Below are positions 1 to 9,320 of a stretch of DNA of 64,000 nucleotides, one piece after another. The notes beneath the pieces are model-generated. The model had not been told where the DNA came from. It ran no database searches and worked only from the letters and a program-made list of their open reading frames with translations. Both the position numbers and the translations under genes were made by a program. Within the stretch, counting starts at the first letter, position 1, and each line of letters begins with the position of its first letter. Source of the stretch: Candidatus Geohabitans tengchongensis (GTDB lineage: Bacteria > Sysuimicrobiota > Sysuimicrobiia > Sysuimicrobiales > Humicultoraceae); assembly GCA_031459625.1 (NCBI GenBank), contig JAVKIH010000011.1:21031-85030 (forward strand), given 5' to 3'.

Positions 1-587
1 TCGACGAGCCGCTCAGCAACCTGGACGCCAAGCTGCGCCGCCGCGTGCGCGCCGAGATCCGCGAGCTGCAGCAGCGGCTCGGCATCACCAGCATCTACGT
101 CACCCACGACCAGGCGGAGGCGTTGGCGCTCTCCGACGTGGTGGTGGTGATGCACCAGGGGCGCGTGGAGCAGGTGGGGACCCCCGAGGACCTCTACCGC
201 CGCCCGGCCACGCGCTTCGTCGCCGACTTCATCGGCGAGGCCAACCTCCTCCCTGCCCGCTACGACGGCGGGCGCGTCACCGTGGGCGGCTACACCTTCC
301 CCTTCGCCCAGCCGGGGATGGGCCCAGGGGCGGTGACGCTGATGGCCCGTCCCGAGGCGGTGCACCTGGCGCGCGACGGAGAGGGGCTGCCGGGGCGCGT
401 GCGCACGGCCTTCTTCATGGGGATGACCACGGAGTACCTGGTGGAAACGCCGGTGGGAGAGGTCACGGTGGTGGAGCCACTGGGCGCGCGGGAGGCCTTC
501 CCGCCCGGCGCGGAGGTGGCGCTGCGCTTCCGGGAGGCGGGGCTCTTCCTCCTGCCGGGGATGGGTCCGGGCGACGCCCGCTCCTAA
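1..587 (+). CDS. ABC transporter ATP-binding subunit (PotA/FbpC/MalK-type), 5'-truncated by the window edge
   Basis: Frame from nt 3 reads [12 protein letters not shown] (Walker B/D-loop), then YVTHDQAEA (H-loop), FVADFIG and a TOBE-like C-terminus. Confidence 0.9.
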   Translation, partial: DEPLSNLDAKLRRRVRAEIRELQQRLGITSIYVTHDQAEALALSDVVVVMHQGRVEQVGTPEDLYRRPATRFVADFIGEANLLPARYDGGRVTVGGYTFPFAQPGMGPGAVTLMARPEAVHLARDGEGLPGRVRTAFFMGMTTEYLVETPVGEVTVVEPLGAREAFPPGAEVALRFREAGLFLLPGMGPGDARS

Positions 588-593
588 CCGATC

Positions 594-2057
594 ATGGCCC
601 CATCGCCCACGATCCTGACCCTCGACCTGGGGACGACCGCGCTCAAGGCCGCCCTCTTCGACCTCGATGGCGACGTGCTGGCGGCGGCGCAGTCCACCTT
701 TCCCACGCGCCGGCCCCGCCCTGGGTGGGCGGAGCAGGACGCGCAGGCGTGGTGGCAGGCGACGGTGACCGCCACCCGCCAGGTGGTGCGAGACGCCGAA
801 GCCTCTATCCGTGCCCTGGCAGGGGTCGGGCTCACCTCCCAGCGCGAGGGCGTGGTGCCGGTCGACGACCGGGGCGAGCCGGTGGCAGCGTGCATCACCT
901 GGATGGACCGGCGCGCCCAGCCCGAGGCGGAAGCGCTCGGGCGCGAGTTCCCCGACCTCCACCGGCGCACCGGGATGCGGCCGGAGGCCACCTTCACCGC
1001 CGCCAAGGTGCGCTGGCTGGCCCGCCACAAGCCCGAGACGCTCCGCCGCGCCCGCTGGCTCCTCCAGCCGCGGGACTTCCTCTATTACCGGCTGACCGGC
1101 GTGGTCCTGACCGACCCCTCGCTGGCCTCGCGCACGATGCTCTTCGACCTGCGTACCCGCGCCTGGGCCCCCGACCTGGTGGCCGCGGCGGGAGCCTCAC
1201 CAGACCAGCTCCCTCCCGTGCTGCCCTCCCTGTGGGCACCCGGGCGGCTGACCGCCGAGGCGGCGCGCGCGCTGGGCCTGACCGAGAGGACACCGGTCCT
1301 CGTCGGCGGCGGAGACCGGGCCTGCGAGGCGCTGGGTACCGGGGCCCGCCCGGGCCGGGCGATGGAGTCCACCGGCACCACCACCAACCTCTCCCTGCCT
1401 GCCGAGGGCCTGCCTGAGGTCCCCGACGGAATCCTCGTCTCCCTGCACGTCGTGCCGGGGCAGGTTCTGCTGGAGCAGGGGCTCAGCGCCTCCGGGGCGG
1501 TCCTGGCGTGGGTGCGGGCGCTCACGGGGCTGACCGACGCGGACCTGGACGAGGTGGTAGCGCACAGTCCTGCCGGCGCCCGCGGGTTGCGACTGCTCCC
1601 CCACTTCCACGGGGCGCGGGCCCCCTGGTGGGATCCTGCGGCGCGCGCGGTGTGGTCGGGCTTCACGCTGGCGCACGACCGCCCCGACCTGGTGCGCAGC
1701 GTGCTGGAGGCGGTGGCCTGCGAGGTGCGCGGCTGCCTCGAGGTGCTGCGCGCGAGCGGCCAGCGGGTGGAGGAGGTCGTGCTGGCGGGGGGTGGCGCCC
1801 GCAGCCGGGTCTGGGCGGCGATCAAGGCGCACACCTGGCGCCTCCCGGTGCTCCTGCCCCGGGTGACGGAGGCGGCCTCGCTGGGGGCCATGGTCCTGGC
1901 CGCGGCGGGGTTGGGGCTGCGCCCGCTGGAGGAAGCTACCACCCTCAACCCGCCGGTGGGGCGGATCGACCCGGATCCGGCGCTGGCGGCGCAGTACGAC
2001 CGCGTCTACGCCGAGCACCGTGCCCTCTACCAGCGGATGCGTGACGTGCGGGCGTGA
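594..2057 (+). CDS. FGGY-family carbohydrate kinase (xylulokinase-like)
   Basis: DLGTTALKA, WAEQD, ITWMDRR, GGGDR, GARAPWWDP, GGGARS motifs. Confidence 0.9.
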   Translation: MAPSPTILTLDLGTTALKAALFDLDGDVLAAAQSTFPTRRPRPGWAEQDAQAWWQATVTATRQVVRDAEASIRALAGVGLTSQREGVVPVDDRGEPVAACITWMDRRAQPEAEALGREFPDLHRRTGMRPEATFTAAKVRWLARHKPETLRRARWLLQPRDFLYYRLTGVVLTDPSLASRTMLFDLRTRAWAPDLVAAAGASPDQLPPVLPSLWAPGRLTAEAARALGLTERTPVLVGGGDRACEALGTGARPGRAMESTGTTTNLSLPAEGLPEVPDGILVSLHVVPGQVLLEQGLSASGAVLAWVRALTGLTDADLDEVVAHSPAGARGLRLLPHFHGARAPWWDPAARAVWSGFTLAHDRPDLVRSVLEAVACEVRGCLEVLRASGQRVEEVVLAGGGARSRVWAAIKAHTWRLPVLLPRVTEAASLGAMVLAAAGLGLRPLEEATTLNPPVGRIDPDPALAAQYDRVYAEHRALYQRMRDVRA

Positions 2058-3043
2058 CACCTGACCCCATGGCCCAGCACGCCCTGAGCCTCCCACCCGA
2101 CGTCGTCGCCCGCCTGGTGGACCTGCGCGTCCACCAACCCCAGCGGGTCCTGGACGCCGCCCGCACCCGCCAGCGTCGGAGCCGCCTGGCCGGGCCGAAC
2201 GGCCGGCTGGTCCTGCTGGCGGCCGACCACCCCGCCCGCATGGTCACCGCCGCCGGCGGCGACCCCCTGGCCCTGGCCGACCGGTGGGGCCTGCTCGCCC
2301 GCATCGCCGCCGTGCTGGAAGAGCCGGGGGTGGACGGCGTGATGGGCACCGCGGACCTCCTCGATGACCTCCTGTTGCTCGACGAGGTGCGCATGGAGCG
2401 GGGGGAAGCGCCGCTGCTGCGGGAGCGCGTGCTCGTGGGCTCGATGAACCGCGGTGGCCTGGCCGGCAGCCGCTTCGAGCTGGACGACCGCTTCACCGGG
2501 TACACGGCCCGGGGCATCGCGGCGATGGGGCTGGACGGGGGCAAACTGCTCGTGCGCGTCGACCCCGACGACCCCGGCACCGTGGCCACGCTCGAGGCCG
2601 CCGCCCGGGCCGTGGACGCCCTGGCCGACCTGGGCCTGGCCGCCTTCGTCGAAGTTCTCCCGGTGCGGAAGGTGGAGGGACGGCTCGCGGTGACGGTCGA
2701 GGCGGAAGCCCTTGCCGCAGTGGTCGGGGTGGCGACCGGGCTGGGGAGCTCCTCGCGCCATGTCTGGCTGAAGCTGCCCGCCTGCCCAGGCTACGACCGG
2801 GTGGCCCGGGCCACCACCTGCCCCATCCTGTTGCTGGGAGGGGATGTGGCGCCGGCGGAAGCGGTCCTGCGGGAGACGGCCGAGGCCCTGGCCGCCGGGC
2901 CAACGGTGCGCGGGGTGCTGATGGGCCGCAACGTGCTGTTTCCCTCGGCGGGCACCCCGCGAACGATGGCCCGGGCCGTCGCCGCCCTGGTCCACGAGGG
3001 GGTCGGCTTCACCGAAGCCCGGCGACTCCTGGAGGTGGGATGA
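2054..3043 (+). CDS. Cgl0159-like (beta/alpha)8 class I aldolase
   Basis: AADHPAR, GSMNRGGL, FELDDRFT, GGKLL, WLKLP, GRNVLF motifs; GTGA overlap with the kinase stop. Confidence 0.75.
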   Translation: MTPDPMAQHALSLPPDVVARLVDLRVHQPQRVLDAARTRQRRSRLAGPNGRLVLLAADHPARMVTAAGGDPLALADRWGLLARIAAVLEEPGVDGVMGTADLLDDLLLLDEVRMERGEAPLLRERVLVGSMNRGGLAGSRFELDDRFTGYTARGIAAMGLDGGKLLVRVDPDDPGTVATLEAAARAVDALADLGLAAFVEVLPVRKVEGRLAVTVEAEALAAVVGVATGLGSSSRHVWLKLPACPGYDRVARATTCPILLLGGDVAPAEAVLRETAEALAAGPTVRGVLMGRNVLFPSAGTPRTMARAVAALVHEGVGFTEARRLLEVG

Positions 3044-3846
3044 TGCCCCGCTTCTCCGCGAGCCTGAGCTTCCTCTTCACCGAGGTGCCGTTCATGGAGC
3101 GGTTCCAGGCGGCCTACACGGCCGGCTTTGCGGCGGTGGAGTACATGTTCCCCTACGAGCACAACCTGGAGGCCATCGCCGCCGAGCTGTCGCGGCTCCA
3201 GCTCCGGCAGGTCCTCTTCAACCTGCCGGCGGGCGACTGGAGCCGTGGGGAGCGCGGGATTGCCGCCCTCCCCGACCGCCGGGAGGAGTTCCGCCGGGGC
3301 GTGGTCCAGGCCCTGGAGGCGGCGCGGCGCCTGGACTGCCCTCGCCTGAACTGCCTCGTGGGGTTGCGGGACGAGCGTTACACTCTGGCGCAGCAATGGG
3401 CGACTCTGGTGGAGAACCTGCGGTGGGCGGCGGAGGAGCTGGGCCGGGAGGGACGCACCCTTCTGGTGGAGGCGGTCAACACGTACGACGTCCCCGGGTT
3501 CCTCCTGTCGCGCACGGGAGAGGTCCTGCGCCTCCTGGACGATGTGGGCGCTCCCAACACCGCCCTCCAGGTGGACATCTACCACCTCCAGCGCATGGAG
3601 GGGAACATCGTGCCCACCCTGCGGGCGCTGCTGCCACGCATCGGGCACATCCAGATCGCCGACCCCCCGGAGCGCCACCAGCCCGGGACGGGGGAGCTGC
3701 GCTTCGAGTACATCCTGAGGCAGCTCGACGCCATGGGGTATGAGGGCTACGTGGGGCTCGAATATGCTCCCCTGGGGACGACGGCGGACTCGCTGGGGTG
3801 GATCGAGGCCATGGGGTACAGCCTGACCCAGCCGGCGGGGCGCTGA
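3040..3846 (+). CDS. hyi: Hydroxypyruvate isomerase family protein
   Basis: PRFSASLSFLF, FNLPAGDW, DIYHLQRMEG, HIQIADPPERHQPGTGE, GLEY. Confidence 0.9.
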   Translation: MMPRFSASLSFLFTEVPFMERFQAAYTAGFAAVEYMFPYEHNLEAIAAELSRLQLRQVLFNLPAGDWSRGERGIAALPDRREEFRRGVVQALEAARRLDCPRLNCLVGLRDERYTLAQQWATLVENLRWAAEELGREGRTLLVEAVNTYDVPGFLLSRTGEVLRLLDDVGAPNTALQVDIYHLQRMEGNIVPTLRALLPRIGHIQIADPPERHQPGTGELRFEYILRQLDAMGYEGYVGLEYAPLGTTADSLGWIEAMGYSLTQPAGR

Positions 3847-3973
3847 GGCCGCGGCCGCGAACCTCTCGACCGCGAACCCTGTAGTCCGGGCTCGCTGTGC
3901 TCCGGAGTCAGCGGCCGGGCCATCCCGGCGCTTCCCGGGCTAAGGCACTTCCCGGGCCAAGGAGGAGGCACAA

Positions 3974-4879
3974 ATGCCACAGACCGTCGGGTTCATCGGG
4001 TTGGGGATCATGGGGAGGCCCATGGCCCGCAACCTCCTCCGGGCGGGCTTCCGGCTCGTGGTGCACAACCGCAGCCGGGGACCGGTCGAGGAGCTGGTGA
4101 CCCAGGGAGCGCTGGACGGCCGGTCGGCCTGCGGGGTGGCCGAGGCGGCCGAGGTCGTGATCACCATGCTGCCGGACACCCCTGACGTCCGGGCCGTGGT
4201 CCTGGGGCCCGACGGGGTGCTGGAGGGGTTGCGCCGCGGGGCCATCTACGTCGATATGAGTACCATCTCGCCTGTGGCCACCCGGGAGCTGGCCGAAGCG
4301 GTGCGGGCCCAGGGGGCTGTCATGCTGGACGCCCCCGTGAGCGGCGGTGAGAAGGGGGCGATCGAGGGGACGCTTTCCATTATGGTCGGAGGTCCCGAGG
4401 AGGCCTTCAGGGAGGTCCTGCCGGTCTTCCAGGCCATGGGCAAGAATATTGTGCGCATCGGGGAGGTGGGGGCCGGCCAGGTGGCCAAGGCCTGCAACCA
4501 GATCGTCGTGGCCGTGACCATCCAGGCGGTCAGCGAGGCGCTGACCCTGGCCCGCAAGGCGGGGGTGGACCCGGGCAGGGTGCGCGAGGCGCTGCTGGGG
4601 GGCTTCGCCCAGAGCCGCATCCTCGACCTGCACGGGCAGCGCATCCTGGAGCGCAACTTCCAGCCCGGCTTCCGAGCCCGGCTCCACCACAAGGACCTGG
4701 GGATCGCCCTGGAGACGGGGAAGGCCACAGGGACGCCGCTGTGGGCCACCGCGCTCGTCCACGAGATCTTCGGCGCGCTCCGGACCCGCGGCATGGGCGA
4801 TTTGGACCACTCTGCCGTCGCCCGGCTCGTGGAAGAGCTGGCGGGGCTGGGGGACGCGGGGCCGCAGGGCGTCCACTGA
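3974..4879 (+). CDS. garR: 2-hydroxy-3-oxopropionate (tartronate semialdehyde) reductase
   Basis: GFIGLGIMGRPMA, DAPVSGG, KACNQI, PGFRARLHHKDL, DHSA; AAGGAGG RBS upstream. Confidence 0.88.
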   Translation: MPQTVGFIGLGIMGRPMARNLLRAGFRLVVHNRSRGPVEELVTQGALDGRSACGVAEAAEVVITMLPDTPDVRAVVLGPDGVLEGLRRGAIYVDMSTISPVATRELAEAVRAQGAVMLDAPVSGGEKGAIEGTLSIMVGGPEEAFREVLPVFQAMGKNIVRIGEVGAGQVAKACNQIVVAVTIQAVSEALTLARKAGVDPGRVREALLGGFAQSRILDLHGQRILERNFQPGFRARLHHKDLGIALETGKATGTPLWATALVHEIFGALRTRGMGDLDHSAVARLVEELAGLGDAGPQGVH

Positions 4880-4896
4880 ACAGGGCCTCTGACGTC

Positions 4897-4922
4897 GTTG
4901 TGGCCCGGTGTTGTGGCCCGGT
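4897..4922. repeat. 13-bp tandem duplication GTTGTGGCCCGGT x2
   Basis: Read directly from the intergenic sequence. Confidence 0.8.
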
Positions 4923-5013
4923 GAAGAGGCTTCCAGGAGGATCGAAGGGCCGTCGGCGCAACGGACGGTCTGTGGGCAACTTTGAGTAAAGTTCGGGGTG
5001 GCGCAATGCCGGT

Positions 5014-5043
5014 TTGACCCCCGCTCGATGGCGCCCCTATAAT
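5014..5043 (+). promoter_or_regulatory. Sigma70-type promoter of tRNA-Asp
   Basis: TTGACC (5014-5019), 18-nt spacer, TATAAT (5038-5043), about 55 nt upstream of the tRNA. Confidence 0.75.
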
Positions 5044-5097
5044 GCCCTCGGCGGGAGTGGCTCCGAGGGCGTCAGCCGAGCCTGAGCCCTGCTGCTC

Positions 5098-5176
5098 GGG
5101 GGCGTGGTGTAGCCTGGACGAACACACCTCCCTGTCACGGAGGAGATCGCGGGTTCAAATCCCGTCGCTCCCGCCA
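5098..5176 (+). tRNA. tRNA-Asp (GTC)
   Basis: Acceptor stem GGGGGCG/CGCTCCC, D arm GTGT/ACAC, anticodon arm CCTCC-CTGTCAC-GGAGG, T loop TTCAAAT, G discriminator, encoded CCA. Confidence 0.97.
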
Positions 5177-5483
5177 ATCGGCGTAGGTCGGTGTTCTCGC
5201 CATCGGCGTAGGCGGGGATGAGCTCCGGCCCTCTGTCGATCAAGGAATCTCCCCTCCGTCTATCGAAGTAAGAATCCCTCCGTCGCTCGGCAGAGGAACG
5301 GGCCTAGTCCTCGCTCGATTTGGGCACAGGATAGGCGGCGTGCCAGCGCAGGGAGGCGTGCCGGAGGCGCCTAACAGAGAAAGCAGTGCTGGGACGCGGG
5401 CCCGTCCTGGATGGCCGTGGTGACGGCGGTCCGGCGGCGGCAACATCCCCTCCCCAATCGGGAAGAGCAGGAGCGAGTCGGAC

Positions 5484-6143
5484 GTGGATCTCTCTCCCGT
5501 GCGTGTCCTCATCGTGGACGACCTCACCCTGGTGCGCCAGGGGATCCGTGCGCTGCTCAGCAGCGCCGAGGGCGTGGAGATCGTCGGCGAGGGTGGTGAC
5601 GCTTCCGAGGCGCTGGAGCTGGCGCTCGCCACCTCGCCGGACGTCGTCCTGATGGACCAGGACATGCCCGGTAACCCTCTCGAGGTCACCCGCACGCTCA
5701 AGGAGCGGCTGCCGGGTGTGGAGATCATCGTCATGACCGACCGGCTCGACGAAACCAAGGCCCTGGAGGCCATCGAAGCCGGTGCCACGGGGTACATCCT
5801 CAAAGACATCCCGCTGACGAACCTGCTGGCCGCGCTCCGGTCGGTGTGCAACGGTCGGGCCTTCTTCCACCCCGAGATCACCCGCAAGCTGATGCAGCGG
5901 CTGGCCCACCTGGCCAAGGACCAGCGCTCCCGGATGCGCTGGGAGTCAGAGGGGCTCACCGCCCGGGAACTGGACATCCTCATCGAGCTGGCCAAGGGCA
6001 GCACTGACCGGGAGATTGCCGCCAAGCTGGTGGTGGCCGAAGGGACGGTGAAGACCCACATTCGCCACATCCTGCACAAGCTGGGGGTCCGCAACCGCAC
6101 CCAGGCCGTCGCCTACGTCCTCCGCAAAGGCCTGATCCGCTAG
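5484..6143 (+). CDS. NarL/LuxR-family response regulator (orphan in this window)
   Basis: Receiver IVDD..LMD..T..LK; LuxR HTH LTARE..G.TDREIA..TVKTHIRHILHKL..NRTQA. Confidence 0.93.
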   Translation: MDLSPVRVLIVDDLTLVRQGIRALLSSAEGVEIVGEGGDASEALELALATSPDVVLMDQDMPGNPLEVTRTLKERLPGVEIIVMTDRLDETKALEAIEAGATGYILKDIPLTNLLAALRSVCNGRAFFHPEITRKLMQRLAHLAKDQRSRMRWESEGLTARELDILIELAKGSTDREIAAKLVVAEGTVKTHIRHILHKLGVRNRTQAVAYVLRKGLIR

Positions 6144-6324
6144 CCCCGCCGCAAGGGAGCCTGGACCGCTCTCTCGGGAGGGCGGTCACCCCGAAACCCC
6201 GCCCCGGGTGGCTCGTCCGGCCCCCGGCGCGTCTCGGTCCACCGCCTCCTCGGAGCCCCGGCACCCTCCAGGAGATTTCAGGCGAATCTATCGTCCAGTC
6301 GGTCAATTTCGGTCTCTTGAGATA

Positions 6325-6354
6325 TCGACACCGTCCACGCCCTCGGCCTAGACT
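6325..6354 (+). promoter_or_regulatory. Putative sigma70-type promoter of the polysaccharide operon
   Basis: TCGACA, 18 nt, TAGACT inside a locally AT-rich patch 70 nt before the first ORF. Confidence 0.45.
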
Positions 6355-6423
6355 GCGGTCGATCCAGGGGACCAACCGGGCGGATCGACTCCACGCGCGC
6401 CAGGCGCTGATCCGAGGGATGGT

Positions 6424-6657
6424 ATGCCTGAGCCCGTGTACCTCAATGCGCGCGCCGAGCAGTGCTCCATTGCCGGGATCGAGCAGGGCCGCCGGCTGAT
6501 CAGGTACGCAGGGGCGCACTACCTCCTCGTCGGGCTGTACTTCGCGCGCTCCCAGGACGGGCAGCGCGACCTCTTCTACATCTTGCGGGCGCTCTCGACC
6601 AATGGGGCTGGAACGCGCGCCCCGGTCTCGATGGGTGGACCTCCCGGAGGTCGGTGA
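6424..6657 (+). CDS. Small hypothetical protein (77 aa)
   Basis: ATG after GAGGGA, GC3-rich codons, protein-like composition, fills the gap before the Wza-like gene. Confidence 0.6.
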   Translation: MPEPVYLNARAEQCSIAGIEQGRRLIRYAGAHYLLVGLYFARSQDGQRDLFYILRALSTNGAGTRAPVSMGGPPGGR

Positions 6658-6708
6658 GACCACCGGAGGGCACGGCGATGGAGAACGGCAGCCGGAGGTG
6701 ACGGGATC

Positions 6709-7641
6709 GTGAAGGGACCGCTGTGGAAGGTGGCCGTGATGGCTGTCGTCATCGCCCTCCCGCTGGCGCAGGCCCTGCCGGTGCTGGGCCAGCAACCGGC
6801 CGTGCCGTCGGACTACCGCCTCCGCCCCGGTGATGTGATCGAGATCCTGGTGATGGGCGAGGCGGACCTCACCCGCACGGTGACCATCCGGCCGGACGGG
6901 AAGATCAGTTACCCGCTGCTGGGCGACGTCCCCGTGGCGGGGATGACCGCCGCGGAAGTGGCCGACTCTCTGGCCGCGCTCCTGCGCAAGTACCTCCGGA
7001 ACCCGGTCGTCACCGTTACGGTGACGCAGATCCGACAGGATCGCGCCTTCGTCTACCTCCTGGGTCCGGGGGTGGCCCGTCCGGGATCCTACGAGATCCA
7101 GCCCGGCTGGACGGTCATGGAGGCCATCGCCAGCGCCGGGGGGCTGGCCCCCCGTGCCAACCTGCGCCGCGCCGTCCTCATCCGGCGAGGGAAGGCCGAC
7201 CCCGTGCCGCTCGACCTGGAGCGCCTGGTCCTGCGCGGCGACCAGAGCGCGAACATGGCGGTCGAGCCCGGCGACATCATCCTCGTCCCCAGCCAGCAGA
7301 ACCGGGTGCTGGTCCTGGGCGCGGTGCGCTCCCCGGGTGCCTATGACGTCGACGACGGCGCCCGCCTGGTGGACGCCATCTCGCTGGCCGGCGGGCCGGC
7401 CGACCGGGCCGGCATTCGGCAGATCGGGATCATCCGGCAAGGTGCCGACGGGAAGATGGCCGTGACGACGGTGAACTTCGAGCGCGTCCTGCGCCAGGGT
7501 GATGCCACCCAGAACCCGCTCCTGCAGCACGGGGACATCGTCTACATCCCGCCGGACACGCGGGTGAACTGGCTCGACGTACTCTCCTGGCTGACCGGCC
7601 TCCGGCTCATCCAGGCGGTCTTCGGGATCCCCGGCCCCTGA
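6709..7641 (+). CDS. Polysaccharide export protein (OPX/Wza-like; Poly_export plus SLBB domains)
   Basis: Signal peptide, YRLRPGDVI, IRPDGKISYPLLGDV, two SLBB repeats, amphipathic C-terminal helix. Confidence 0.9.
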   Translation: MKGPLWKVAVMAVVIALPLAQALPVLGQQPAVPSDYRLRPGDVIEILVMGEADLTRTVTIRPDGKISYPLLGDVPVAGMTAAEVADSLAALLRKYLRNPVVTVTVTQIRQDRAFVYLLGPGVARPGSYEIQPGWTVMEAIASAGGLAPRANLRRAVLIRRGKADPVPLDLERLVLRGDQSANMAVEPGDIILVPSQQNRVLVLGAVRSPGAYDVDDGARLVDAISLAGGPADRAGIRQIGIIRQGADGKMAVTTVNFERVLRQGDATQNPLLQHGDIVYIPPDTRVNWLDVLSWLTGLRLIQAVFGIPGP

Positions 7642-7687
7642 GGGCGGGGTGAGCAGGGCATCGCATCCGCCGTGGGGGAGAGGCGAC

Positions 7688-9310
7688 ATGGGTGAGCAGA
7701 GCGCAACGGGACAGTACCTGAAGGCGATCAAGCGCCGGTGGTGGATCCCCGTGTTGCTGGCGGCCGTCGCCGTCGTGGGCGTCTACTACCGGATGGGGGC
7801 GGTGCCTCCAGTTTATCAGGCCAGCACGGTCCTCCTCGTGACGGCGCCACCCCTGATGCCGCCGGAGGTGCCCGGCGCGGAAGCGGGAGCGGCGGCGGGC
7901 GCGTTCCGGGCGACCCGCATCGACGCGGTGGAGGCGGACGTTCGGGAGCTCCTCCGTACCCGCGTCCTGGCCGAGCGCGTGGGACGCCGGGCTGGTCGGG
8001 CGGACATCGCCGAGGTGCAGCGCAGCCTCACCGTGACGAACCCGCGGGATACCAACCTGATTCGCATTCAGGCACGGGCCAGTACGCCGGCAGCGGCCGC
8101 CGGGTTGGCCAACGCGGCCGCCCGTGAACTGATCGGGTACTTCCGCCAGGCCAACTCCCATGATGCCCGGGAGGCCCGACGGTTCATCGAGACCCAGCGG
8201 GGTGAGGTGCTGGAGCGCCTCCAGGCGGTGGAGCGGCGCCTGTTGCGGCTGCAGGGCCTGGCGACGATCGAGGGCGCCCCAGGGGCGATTGTGGGACGCT
8301 ACTACGAGGCGCTGGGTGAGCTCGACAACACGCGGCGGACGATTCGGGAGCTGGATGCCCGCCTGGCCGCGGCGAGCCGCCGTCTGGGTCGGGAGAGCTC
8401 GACCCGAGTCTCGGAGACGGCGCGGCTGGACAACCCGGTCTTCCGTCAGATCCAGTCGCGGCTGGTCGAGTTGGAGATGCAGCGCATCGAGCTGTCGCAG
8501 CAGTACACCGACGCTCACCCGCGAATGCAGCAGCTGGCGGCCCAGATCGATGAGATGCGTCGTCGGCTGGCTACGGAGACGGAGACGCTGGTCGGTCGCC
8601 AGGTCCTCGCTCCCAACCCCATCCACGAGCGGCTGGTTGGTGATCTGGTCAACCTGCAGGTGGAGCGGGCGGGGGCGGTGGCGCGCGCCCAGGCCCTCGA
8701 GGCGGACGTCCAGCGGCGCCGGGCAGCGGTGCAGGCTCTCCCCGGCATCCAGGCCCGGCTGGGGGCGCTCATGCGCGAGCACGAGATCCTGCAGAACAAC
8801 TACCGGCTCCTCTCGGAGCGCCTCCAGGAGGCGGTGCTGCGCGAGAACGTGGCGGCGTACTTCCCCACGGGCCTGCAGGTGGTCGACCCGGCGGTGGCGC
8901 CGCGGCGGCCGCAGCCGACCTCACTGCCCCGAACGGCCGCCGCTGGCGCGCTGGCGGGCGTCCTGCTCGGGTTGCTCGCCGCCCTCACCCTGGAGACGGG
9001 CGACGACAAGATCCGCACCCGCGACGACGCCGAGCGGGCGCTGGGAGTGCCGGTGCTCGCCGAGATTCCCCACGCGGCGCCCCCGCGGCTCAGTCCGGCA
9101 GTCTGGGGCCTGGCCGTCCTGCTGGTCGTCGGTCTGCTCGGCGGCGGGCTGGGCCTGAGCGCCTATGCCGATGCCCGCCTCGGCCCCGGCCACCCGGCCG
9201 GAGCGCTCGCCCGGCTGCCGCTGGTCCGTCCGGCGGCCGATCGGGTGGCCCAGGCCGCGGGGTGGTTTGACGTCCAGCCGGTCCGCACGACCGTCGAGAC
9301 CGGCCGGTGA
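7688..9310 (+). CDS. Polysaccharide co-polymerase (Wzc N-terminal/GumC-like)
   Basis: KRRWW-TM, PVYQAST, long coiled coil with YTDAHP, VVDPAVAP-TM, ALGVPVLAEIP. Confidence 0.88.
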   Translation: MGEQSATGQYLKAIKRRWWIPVLLAAVAVVGVYYRMGAVPPVYQASTVLLVTAPPLMPPEVPGAEAGAAAGAFRATRIDAVEADVRELLRTRVLAERVGRRAGRADIAEVQRSLTVTNPRDTNLIRIQARASTPAAAAGLANAAARELIGYFRQANSHDAREARRFIETQRGEVLERLQAVERRLLRLQGLATIEGAPGAIVGRYYEALGELDNTRRTIRELDARLAAASRRLGRESSTRVSETARLDNPVFRQIQSRLVELEMQRIELSQQYTDAHPRMQQLAAQIDEMRRRLATETETLVGRQVLAPNPIHERLVGDLVNLQVERAGAVARAQALEADVQRRRAAVQALPGIQARLGALMREHEILQNNYRLLSERLQEAVLRENVAAYFPTGLQVVDPAVAPRRPQPTSLPRTAAAGALAGVLLGLLAALTLETGDDKIRTRDDAERALGVPVLAEIPHAAPPRLSPAVWGLAVLLVVGLLGGGLGLSAYADARLGPGHPAGALARLPLVRPAADRVAQAAGWFDVQPVRTTVETGR

Positions 9311-9320
9311 GGAGGCACGG

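Noticed and set aside
6144..6709. Canonical ops/JUMPstart element for RfaH
   Set aside because: The closest match is GGCGGTCAC at 6181, not GGCGGTAG
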